DNA of 64,000 nucleotides from Candidatus Babeliales bacterium (GTDB lineage Bacteria; Babelota; Babeliae; Babelales; Vermiphilaceae): NCBI GenBank assembly GCA_963743635.1, contig CAVUQO010000003.1, positions 608,001 to 672,000 of the forward strand, read 5' to 3'. Shown piece by piece: positions 50,701 to 58,102 of this stretch (position 1 is its first letter; each line of letters starts with the position of its first letter). The notes under the pieces were generated by a model. It saw only the letters and a program-made list of their open reading frames with translations, ran no database searches and was not told where the DNA came from. The position numbers and the translations under genes were made by a program.

Positions 50701-51442
50701 TAGGTGATAATTTGTTTTTTTGAGGATGCCATTCAGGGACAAGATGGGGGTAAGTTAGGGCGAGAGAAGTCTCTAGTGTTGGTTTTTTGCCAGTACAAAA
50801 GGGACATTTGCTTGTTTTTTTTGTACGATCCTTGCACGTAGCCTGCCACTCATGACTTACATTTTTTAAGCATAACCACCAAACTTTTTTACCACTTCCG
50901 GGTGTGATATTTATGGGAGAGAGAGGTTCGTTCTTAACGATATCCCATTCTTTTGCAATATCGGGATACAGAAAACTTAAACTACTTTCTAAAGAAACCT
51001 TTTTATTATCACAAAAAGGACAGTTTTGGCCTTGTATGGTGCGGTTGCCAACTGCAGCCTGCCATTCATGAGCAGAATTTATTGGACAAATCCACCATGC
51101 TGAATATGCACTGCCACGAGTAACATCGTACGGAGACTTCTTGCCATTTTTAGTAGGGTGCCATTGTGTAGCTAATGCAGGGTATAGCGTTGCTAAACAA
51201 TTGGTTATATGGACGCGGCGACCAGAACAAAAAGGGCATTTGCTTTTGTTTTTTCCTGTGCGATCGCTGCAGGTTGCTTGCCATTCGTGGGCAATGTCTG
51301 TACTGCATAGCCACCAATATTTTGTATTGCCTCCTGCAGTTATCTCATTCGGGGTTAACTCACCGTTTTTAGTGGGATGCCATTGCAACGTAAGTTCGGG
51401 GTGGGAGATAGATAAAGTAATTTTTGTTTTTTGCTTATTCAT
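47753..51442 (-). CDS. Zinc-ribbon repeat (x5) + SNF2-like SF2 helicase + RRP8-like (Methyltransf_8) methyltransferase fusion
   Basis: 5x W.P.KN..WW.C..HEW..CPFC; GPGAGKT, DEVH, TGTP, QLQARVYRPGQ; IGDFGCGEA, VYSFD, AVFSLSLMGTN, LWIAE. Confidence 0.85.
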   Translation of the reverse strand: MNKQKTKITLSISHPELTLQWHPTKNGELTPNEITAGGNTKYWWLCSTDIAHEWQATCSDRTGKNKSKCPFCSGRRVHITNCLATLYPALATQWHPTKNGKKSPYDVTRGSAYSAWWICPINSAHEWQAAVGNRTIQGQNCPFCDNKKVSLESSLSFLYPDIAKEWDIVKNEPLSPINITPGSGKKVWWLCLKNVSHEWQATCKDRTKKTSKCPFCTGKKPTLETSLALTYPHLVPEWHPQKNKLSPREIVPGSTKRIWWQCLNDPDHEWQTRCVDRAKNEYGCPFCSGHKVLPKNSLAITHPDITKEWHPIKNESLKATEVSAGSNKKVWWLCIKDPIHEWQAACCDRTGNGTGCPLCNSGWTIDKIRLFLRGLDSHLLTMTIMELHVIMQQANGLLDCAGKGKLIVQAILKDKIPLQELQKFANAQPSLVDELIDETSDMESQEEKLNRLQKAFNDMGLNADRNDNHRSNACTTIHETLSLLNNPHILAGCDIEAIEYLIKSAIDKIWRCAFANEENATQALEQYHSEGLYDKSAKDTFLCDYQKTKELIIPKGYSFKHPPRLMQKLLACLVRDRKKIANWSGPGAGKTLAAILASRVINARITVVCCPNNVIGTWLKDFRQIYPDSTVLIKELNLKKYSSAKNLYVILNYEFFQQRNASSKLQAFLQDHVIDFIIIDEVHYAKQRDESTPSKRKDTIDAFRYEAGQKNENIHILAMTGTPVINNITEGKKLIELLTGEEHNDLSTRKTFSNNIKLHQKLVIHGIRDKTLVTTPDGEACVLNHITEEIDATSLLSRIAPIVLDEKGRRRVGQYSAELDEVLTEAKLPFILNNLEEKTIIYNQYHNKGKVLELLRRAIEQRGLRVCIYSESDKSGLQTFKNGDADVLIASSCISTGIDGLQEVCNTLIINSLPWTYAILEQLQARVYRPGQKKSFVNVIFPLTFFNMNGNRFSYCEARLNIIKSKRKMADMIVDGIIPEEDHIAAMQAQEYLTTWIQQLDRGDLKTIERRKIIIPLVNDIAISNKRKLGTLTLMNQRINSSSSTQTHERFFKNPAEWESYHAAYREERHEWPIVPYQEAIIWLKKRPSWIIGDFGCGEAFLAKELQNQVYSFDHIAISDQVVACDMKRVPIADSLLDAAVFSLSLMGTNSIDYIREAHRCLKLDGHLWIAEPTSRIPHDAFKLLLHRLGFNVMSMEQKWKFTFVHALKSERDINETALKTFDYTNVLN

Positions 51443-52106
51443 GATGTGATCTTCTTTTGACAGTTCTATTTATGCTGGCACATATAGGGCATCCAGTGCC
51501 ATTGGTGCGGTTGTTTATGCTTGCGAGCCATTCATGTGCCGGATTGTTATTGCAGATCCACCACACTTTTAAACGACTACCAGCAGTGACATTGCTTGGC
51601 GTTAAGTTATCATTTTTAACTGTGTGCCATTCTTCGGTAAGTATTGTGTGTACATGAGCTAGAGAGTTTGAAATTGATGCCACGCGACCACTACAAAAAG
51701 GACAACCGCTTTGCTTGTTTGCTCGATTAACACAAGCAGTCTGCCATTCATGTGTTTGATCTTTAGGACACCGCCACCATACTCTTTGTTTGCTTCCAGC
51801 CGTGATGTCATAGGGAGATAATGGTTCATTCTTGGTAGGATGCCATTCGCTGGAGAGGGCGGGATGCGTCGTTCGTAAACAATTTGAGATATGAGCCTTG
51901 CGACCAGAGCAAATAGGGCATCCGCTTTTTTTGAGAGTCCGATCTTTACATGCAGCTAACCATTCATGTTTGAATTCTAAACAGATCCACCATACTTTTT
52001 TGTGGCTATATGCAGGCACTGTTTGTGGTGTAAGGGGAAGGTTCTTAGTTGGATGCCATTCGCGTGACAACCAGGTCTGGTCATCAATAAGAATTTTATA
52101 TTTCAT
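51435..52106 (-). CDS. Zinc-ribbon repeat (x3) protein (DUF4379-like treble clef)
   Basis: Three EWH..KN..WW.C..HEW..CP.C repeats; overlaps the start of the helicase gene. Confidence 0.8.
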   Translation of the reverse strand: MKYKILIDDQTWLSREWHPTKNLPLTPQTVPAYSHKKVWWICLEFKHEWLAACKDRTLKKSGCPICSGRKAHISNCLRTTHPALSSEWHPTKNEPLSPYDITAGSKQRVWWRCPKDQTHEWQTACVNRANKQSGCPFCSGRVASISNSLAHVHTILTEEWHTVKNDNLTPSNVTAGSRLKVWWICNNNPAHEWLASINNRTNGTGCPICASINRTVKRRSHHE

Positions 52107-52206
52107 TATGAGAATTCCGAATGTATGTTTTTGTACTTGTTTTATTGCAAAAATAAGAGTACGCTTCTTCCCCAATAAGTCAATTCAATTTTCAGGAGAA
52201 ATAACA

Positions 52207-52530
52207 ATGGAATTAAAAGAGTTCACCAAAGCTGTAGTAAGGCAAGTGGTTGAGGGCGTGCAAGAAGTCAGTGATGAGCTAGGTCGTGAAATATGCATAG
52301 CGAAACCTCAGGACAATAGATCAATAGAGCTGGATATTGCGTTTACTGTAGAGAGCTCCATTAGGGGCGGAGCGGGTATAAAGATATTCAATGTGGTAGA
52401 TTTTGGTGGAAATGGTGAGAGCAAAAATTCATCAATTCACAGAATAAAACTAGGGGTCTATGTAGCATCGTCAAATAAAACTGAACAAAAAGACCATCGG
52501 AAGATGTTGAGCAATCTTATACGCGACTGA
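52207..52530 (+). CDS. Trypco2-like small protein
   Basis: MELKEF..VVEGV..IELDIAFTV..GGAGIKI..SIHRIKL pattern; AGGAG RBS. Confidence 0.6.
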   Translation: MELKEFTKAVVRQVVEGVQEVSDELGREICIAKPQDNRSIELDIAFTVESSIRGGAGIKIFNVVDFGGNGESKNSSIHRIKLGVYVASSNKTEQKDHRKMLSNLIRD

Positions 52531-52540
52531 TCGGCTAACA

Positions 52541-52571
52541 GGAAGCGCCTCGGATGATCCGAGGCGCTTCC
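52541..52571. terminator. Perfect hairpin between convergent genes
   Basis: GGAAGCGCCTCGGAT / ATCCGAGGCGCTTCC. Confidence 0.75.
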
Positions 52572-52590
52572 AATCAATGAATGACGTATG

Positions 52591-52788
52591 CTATTTTATG
52601 TTGAATAATTCGTCTTCGGCTTGAAGTAGGTCATTGTATGCCTTGGATGCATTCCTAAGTTCTTCTAATGTAAGTCCGCGCTCAAGGATGGGTGGGTTGT
52701 TTAAAGGAACTAGCGCGCTTAACACTTGAATCTTCTGTACAAGGACCTTGATTCTGTCATGGACATTCAGGTTTTCTATTGATGTCAT
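52591..52788 (-). CDS. Small hypothetical protein (islet)
   Basis: 65 aa, AAAGGA RBS, ends at the hairpin. Confidence 0.5.
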   Translation of the reverse strand: MTSIENLNVHDRIKVLVQKIQVLSALVPLNNPPILERGLTLEELRNASKAYNDLLQAEDELFNIK

Positions 52789-52928
52789 TTAGTGTTCCTT
52801 TCATCAAAAACTGATATATGAGGGTGGTTTTAAACCGTATCTAATTCAGTGTAGGATTCGTGTAATCATAAACAAGTGGTAACTATATGTCAGCCGCAGG
52901 TAGGTTTATATGAGGATATTGAACGGCG

Positions 52929-53990
52929 TTACTTATGCATCATGAGATAAGATTCTTTTTGGTGCGTAACCAGTGTGTACTGATTTTGATTCAGAACAAG
53001 TTTCTTAACGTACGCGGGACGAAATCCGAGCGTGTGTGAAATGGTGCTCAGCGGTGCACGCTGCATAGGTTGTGCTTGCAGATATGCAGAAAGCAGTTGG
53101 TTGGCGATGAGCTGTTTGTTGCGCCGATTGGCAAAATAGGATGCGATTAATCCTTTTTCCGGCGCAAAAAGAAGCGCGAGTAAAAAGAGCATGCCCGATG
53201 CGGTGGCAATAGCGCCAGCAATTGAGACGTTCAAAAGATGCGCTAACCAGTAGCCGCCTATTGAAGAGGCGATGCCGAGCGCGATGCTCAGATAGATCAT
53301 GATATTAAGTTTGTGCGTTAGTAGATAGGCAGTTGCAGGCGGTGTAATCATGAGTGCGACAACCACAATCGAGCCGACTACGTTAAAGGCACCAACGGCG
53401 GTGATGCTCGTGAGCGTCATAAGTGCATAGTACATATATGCAGGCGTGAATCCGAGCATGCGCGAAAGTTCTGGATCGAAGGTGGTAAGTTTCAATTCTT
53501 TATAGCAGATAAGCACAAACAAACTATTGAGCAGTGCAATGCTACCCATGCTCCAGAGTGCGCGTGGGCCCCAATCAATGCCAAATAGTTCGAGACGATT
53601 GAAGGGCGCAAATGCCAATTCGCCGAGCAATACCATATCCATATCAAGATGCACGTTGCGTGCATACATGCTAATCAAAATAATGCCGACGGAGAAAAAG
53701 AGCGGGAACACAATCCCAATGGCTGAATCTTTTTTGAGCCGTTTGCTTGCGATAATTCTTTCCGTGATGAGGACTGTTGCAAGGCCCGCAAGTGCAGCGC
53801 CCAGAATTAAAAGAGGTGATTCAAGATTATGCACGAGAAAAAACATGAGCACGATACCAGGCAAAATCGCATGACTAATCGCATCGCTCATGAGAGCAAC
53901 ACCGCGCAATACGAGAAACACACCCGGCAAAACGGTTGCGATGGAAGTCAGGCAGGCAATCGCCATAATAATGATTTGGAAGCTATTCAT
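52929..53990 (-). CDS. troD: Mn/Zn/Fe ABC permease (TroD-like) with C-terminal HTH-like extension
   Basis: DAISHAILPG, KELKLTTFDP, VGSIVVVALMITPPATA. Confidence 0.85.
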   Translation of the reverse strand: MNSFQIIIMAIACLTSIATVLPGVFLVLRGVALMSDAISHAILPGIVLMFFLVHNLESPLLILGAALAGLATVLITERIIASKRLKKDSAIGIVFPLFFSVGIILISMYARNVHLDMDMVLLGELAFAPFNRLELFGIDWGPRALWSMGSIALLNSLFVLICYKELKLTTFDPELSRMLGFTPAYMYYALMTLTSITAVGAFNVVGSIVVVALMITPPATAYLLTHKLNIMIYLSIALGIASSIGGYWLAHLLNVSIAGAIATASGMLFLLALLFAPEKGLIASYFANRRNKQLIANQLLSAYLQAQPMQRAPLSTISHTLGFRPAYVKKLVLNQNQYTLVTHQKESYLMMHK

Positions 53991-54838
53991 GATGATACTC
54001 GCGCATGGCGTGGGGTACAGAAAAATGAGATGAGCACGCAGATGCTTAAAATTACCACGATCGTGGGGCCGGTTGGAATATGCGTATACCAGCTACTAAT
54101 GAGTGATCCAAGAAAGCTGCTCAGGGCGCCAATAGTAGATGCGAGAAACACCATTGATGAAAGACGCGTTGTCCATTGATATGCGGCTGCAGCGGGTGCA
54201 ATAAGCATGGCGCTCATGAGTACTACACCAACTGTTTGTAATCCTAATGAGATGGCGAGTACCATTAATACCGTTAAAAATACATCGAGTGCAATCACGG
54301 GATATCCGCAGGTATGTGCGTACGCGTAATCAAACGTGAGTAATGAAAACTCTTTCCAAAAGAGCGCGAGGCAAGAGAGTGTAAGGGTCGCAATGAATGC
54401 CATCGCGTACACATCTTCGATAATGAGCGTCGACGCGCTGCCAAATAAAAATTTGTTTAAGACTGATTGATGCGGAATTGAATATTTTTGAATGACGGTC
54501 ATGAGCACGAGCCCGACGCCAAAAAAGACCGATAAAATAATGCCGAGTACTGTATCTTGTTTGAGTTTCGTGAGTCGTGTGATGACAAGCATGAGAATAG
54601 TGCCGATACATCCGGCAATTGAACCGCCGAGTATGAGAATGAGCGGATTTCGTGAGTGAGTGGCTAAAAACATCAGTGCAATGCCGGGAAGTGCGGCATG
54701 AGAAATAGTATCACCGAGTAAACTTTGTTTGCGCAGTAATGCAAATACGCCTAATGCGCCGGCGGTGATGCCAAGCAGCATTGTCCCGATGCATACAATG
54801 ATGAGCGTGTAATGAGTGCTGAGGAGGGTATAAGTCAT
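53987..54838 (-). CDS. troC: Mn/Zn/Fe ABC permease (TroC-like)
   Basis: LLGDTISHAALPG, VGVVLMSAMLIAPAAAA. Confidence 0.85.
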   Translation of the reverse strand: MTYTLLSTHYTLIIVCIGTMLLGITAGALGVFALLRKQSLLGDTISHAALPGIALMFLATHSRNPLILILGGSIAGCIGTILMLVITRLTKLKQDTVLGIILSVFFGVGLVLMTVIQKYSIPHQSVLNKFLFGSASTLIIEDVYAMAFIATLTLSCLALFWKEFSLLTFDYAYAHTCGYPVIALDVFLTVLMVLAISLGLQTVGVVLMSAMLIAPAAAAYQWTTRLSSMVFLASTIGALSSFLGSLISSWYTHIPTGPTIVVILSICVLISFFCTPRHARVSS

Positions 54839-54886
54839 AGGTATAACAAGGGAAGTGAAAGGGCGTATGATACTTTATTCCGTACA

Positions 54887-55130
54887 CCCATTCGAGACAT
54901 TCTTCGTCCCGTTTCACGAGACTCAGAATCCTCAGGGCGAACGGATTCTACGACATAGCAGGCATTATATGTAAGATAAGTTTCATCGCAAAAATCATTA
55001 TAAAATCGATGATCTACATCCCCCCGTTCGCCCTGAGGGTTTTTCATAAGCGAAGCGAAATGAAAAATGTCTCGAATGGGTGCGGGGATCCATAAATTTG
55101 CGCATCCCTCGACCAGCTCAGGATGAAGGG
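54887..55130. repeat. REP-like family A cluster (54887-54944, 55023-55080 inverted, 55106-55130)
   Basis: CCCATTCGAGACAT..CCTCAGGGCGAACGG copies in inverted orientation. Confidence 0.8.
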
Positions 55131-55178
55131 ACAAAAAAGTTTTTTTAAAAAAGAGAAAGGGAATGTTGAAATTATGCT

Positions 55179-55940
55179 TCATAATTCCCGTACCTTATTA
55201 AAACAGTTCGTAAACAAGGTGTGTTTGCCGTACGTAGCATGCAAATTTTCAGCGTGAAGGACTTGATTAATCGGCCCGCATGCGATGAGTTTGATATTTA
55301 AAAGGAGTAGCCAATCAAAATAATCTTGCAGCGTCTGCAAATCATGATGCACCACGATAATGGTTTTACCTTGAGTGCGTAATTTTTTGAGGAGTTCGAC
55401 AATCGTTTGTTCCGTTGCCATATCAACGCCCATGAACGGCTCATCCATGATGTAAATATCTGCTTGTTGCACCAGTGCGCGTGCTAAAAAGACGCGCTGT
55501 TGTTGCCCGCCTGAAAGTTGGCTGATATGCCGGTAGGCATAATGAGTGAGTTGTACTTGTTCAAGCGCAAGCCATGCTGCATCATAATCGGCCGATGAGG
55601 GGCGTTTGAACCATCCCATATGTGCATAACGGCCCATGAGTACAACGTCCAATACGTTGGCAGGAAAATCCCAATCAACGCTTAATCGTTGTGGGACGTA
55701 TGCGATGCGCTGGGTATGTTCTTTATAGCTGCCCCCAAAAAAAGATACTGACCCTGCATCAGGCCTAATAATATTAAGAATAGATTTAATGAACGTGGTT
55801 TTGCCTGCACCATTGGGGCCAACAACGGCAAGTAATGTTCCCTGCGGAATAGATGCGCTGATATCCCAGAGTACTGGCTCGGTTTGATAGCGCACCGTCA
55901 AATGGGAAATGGATAATGCAGCAGTGGTGTCTGATGGCAT
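55179..55940 (-). CDS. troB: Metal ABC transporter ATP-binding protein (TroB-like)
   Basis: GPNGAGKT, LSGGQQQR, MDEPF. Confidence 0.9.
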   Translation of the reverse strand: MPSDTTAALSISHLTVRYQTEPVLWDISASIPQGTLLAVVGPNGAGKTTFIKSILNIIRPDAGSVSFFGGSYKEHTQRIAYVPQRLSVDWDFPANVLDVVLMGRYAHMGWFKRPSSADYDAAWLALEQVQLTHYAYRHISQLSGGQQQRVFLARALVQQADIYIMDEPFMGVDMATEQTIVELLKKLRTQGKTIIVVHHDLQTLQDYFDWLLLLNIKLIACGPINQVLHAENLHATYGKHTLFTNCFNKVREL

Positions 55941-55994
55941 AATGAAACGTCCATAATGAATGATACATGATAAGGGATTTGTGTTTTTAGAATA

Positions 55995-56052
55995 TCATAA
56001 AGATGCTAAAGCACCAACAATCGCCGCTATATTATGCCGACCACGCCCAATA
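55995..56052 (-). repeat. Displaced copy of the troA 3' end
   Basis: Encodes RHNIAAIVGALASL*, vs troA RHNIAVIIGALAS*. Confidence 0.75.
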
Positions 56053-56152
56053 AAATCCTTGCATCTGAGCTTTTCAATATGCCAATCTGGATAAAAATGC
56101 AAGGCAAAAAATAGTGATTTTGCCTAAATCATTCCTAAAAGGAAAATGAAAT

Positions 56153-57892
56153 ATGAAGAAAATGATAACGATTGTGGTGTTGATATTGGGGTTTTTGACG
56201 TGGCGCATGGGGGCTATGGAGGCACAAGCTGAAGCGGAGGCTGGAGATGTAATGCTGCAGACGAATGATGGTCAACTCGTATCTATCAGTAGAAAGGATG
56301 CAAGATGTTTCCCTACGATTATTGATGCAGTAAGCATATTGAGCACAGATGAGCCAATTCCAGTGAATGTTACGCAACCCGTCTTGCAGCGTCTGCTTCA
56401 AGATTTAGATTGGGTCAGAGCAGTATGTAATGAGAGGCGCCCAGATGAAACAGAACAGCAATGTGCAGAACGAGCTGCACGAGCATTACCTCCATCGGCG
56501 TATGTCTATTCTGATAATAGTATGCGCAGAACATTCGAAAATTTAGCAGCAGCCCATTATTTAGGATCATTGGAATTGCAAGAACGATATGCCCGCATCC
56601 TTGCAGGAATGCTCGTATCTGATCAATCATTAGCACTATTATACAGCAACAATCCTGCTCATATTGCATTTATTCAAAAGATTGAGCCACTGCGGGGTGA
56701 TGGTGATCAAAAGGTATATGCAGAAAATCGTAATGCTGGTGCATTTCATATTTTTGCGCGATTGATTTACAAATATATTCCAGAAATTGAGGTATGGGCA
56801 CAGAGTTCCATGCTTCCACATAAAAGAGTGGTTTTAGCCGCATCTTTTTCGCCCGATAGTGCCAAAGTAGCAACTGCGGCTGATGATAATAGTATACGTA
56901 TATGGAATGCAGATCTGGCTACGATGTTGTTCGTATTACGAGGACATTCGGCTGCTATTCATTCAGTATCCTTTTCTCCAGCTGGGGATAAGGTTGTATC
57001 AGCTGCGAGTGATAATTTAGCGAAAATATGGGATGTAAATACGGGGACATTATTGCGTACATTAAAGGGGCATGCTGGTGTGGTTGCATCAGCATCATTT
57101 TCGCCCGATGGTACTCAGGTGGTGACTGCGTCTGACGACGGAACTGTGCGTCTATGGGATGCAAATACGGGTGCATCATTGCGTACGTTGCAGGGGCATC
57201 AGGGACATAGTTATGGTGCTTATGTGATTTTTTCAGCACAATTTTCACCGGATGGTAGTAGGGTGGTGACTGCATCCAGTGATCGAGAGGCAAAGATATG
57301 GGATGCAAATACGGGTGCGTTATTGCGTACGTTACAGGGACATAGGGATTTGGTTAGATCAGCACAATTTTCACCGAACGGTATGAGGGTGGTGACTGCG
57401 TCCGGTGATCGAGAGGCAAAGATATGGAATGCAAATACGGGTGCGTTATTGCATACCTTGAGGGGGCATGTTGCTCAGGTTAGATCAGCATCATTCTCGC
57501 CCGATGGCACTGAGGTGGTGACTGCGTCTGACGACGGAACTGTGCGTCTATGGGATGCAAATAATGGGGCGTTATTGCGTACGTTGGAGGGGCATACCGA
57601 TTGGGTTCTATCCGCATCCTTTTCACCGGATGGCAATAAGGTGGTGACTGCGTCATGTGATAGAACGGCGCGCATATGGAGACCAATTCGGGCGGACAGT
57701 TTTGATCAGGCGTTATTTATTCATATGTTACGATGGGCACAGCGTAATAATAAACCAGTAGGCTGGCAAACAGGATGGGGACGTATGGTAATGGATACGT
57801 ATAATCCCGATGTTGAAGCCATGATCAAAGAGGCATTCCCTAAATCATTGATGGAGAAAATGAACGAAAAAGTGGGCAGATTATTTAGGTAG
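56153..57892 (+). CDS. Secreted Skp1/POZ-like + 7xWD40 protein, copy 1
   Basis: Signal peptide MGA-M; VMLQTNDG..PIPVNV..L; FENLAAAHYL; GH..SASFSPDG..WD repeats. Confidence 0.85.
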   Translation: MKKMITIVVLILGFLTWRMGAMEAQAEAEAGDVMLQTNDGQLVSISRKDARCFPTIIDAVSILSTDEPIPVNVTQPVLQRLLQDLDWVRAVCNERRPDETEQQCAERAARALPPSAYVYSDNSMRRTFENLAAAHYLGSLELQERYARILAGMLVSDQSLALLYSNNPAHIAFIQKIEPLRGDGDQKVYAENRNAGAFHIFARLIYKYIPEIEVWAQSSMLPHKRVVLAASFSPDSAKVATAADDNSIRIWNADLATMLFVLRGHSAAIHSVSFSPAGDKVVSAASDNLAKIWDVNTGTLLRTLKGHAGVVASASFSPDGTQVVTASDDGTVRLWDANTGASLRTLQGHQGHSYGAYVIFSAQFSPDGSRVVTASSDREAKIWDANTGALLRTLQGHRDLVRSAQFSPNGMRVVTASGDREAKIWNANTGALLHTLRGHVAQVRSASFSPDGTEVVTASDDGTVRLWDANNGALLRTLEGHTDWVLSASFSPDGNKVVTASCDRTARIWRPIRADSFDQALFIHMLRWAQRNNKPVGWQTGWGRMVMDTYNPDVEAMIKEAFPKSLMEKMNEKVGRLFR

Positions 57893-57918
57893 TACATATA
57901 TTTTACATCACGAAATTC

Positions 57919-58003
57919 AAAAGGGTCTCTTAATCGGGGCCCTTTTTATTATGATGTTAAAGCGCCAACAATCGCCGCTATATTATGCCGACCATGCCCA
58001 ATA
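57919..58003. repeat. Terminator plus third copy of the troA 3' end (junction between tandem units)
   Basis: AAAAGGGTCTCTTAATCGGGGCCCTTTTT identical to 61760-61788, followed by a troA-end copy. Confidence 0.8.
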
Positions 58004-58102
58004 AAATCCTTGCGTCTGAGCTTTTCAATATGCCAATCTGGATAAAAATGCAAGGCGAAAATAGTGATTTTGTCTAAATCATTCCTAAAAGGAGAATGGA
58101 AT

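Larger units (their letters stand above)
47246..52984. mobile_element. Genomic islet bounded by a 56-bp direct repeat of the troD 3' end
   Basis: 47246-47301 vs 52929-52984: 49/56 identical, with a perfect 23-bp core GTGCGTAACCAGTGTGTACTGAT. Confidence 0.75.

Noticed and set aside
51898..52206. N-terminal half of the 210-aa plus-strand ORF
   Set aside because: It is the antisense shadow of the zinc-ribbon gene; the real start follows AGGAG at 52207.
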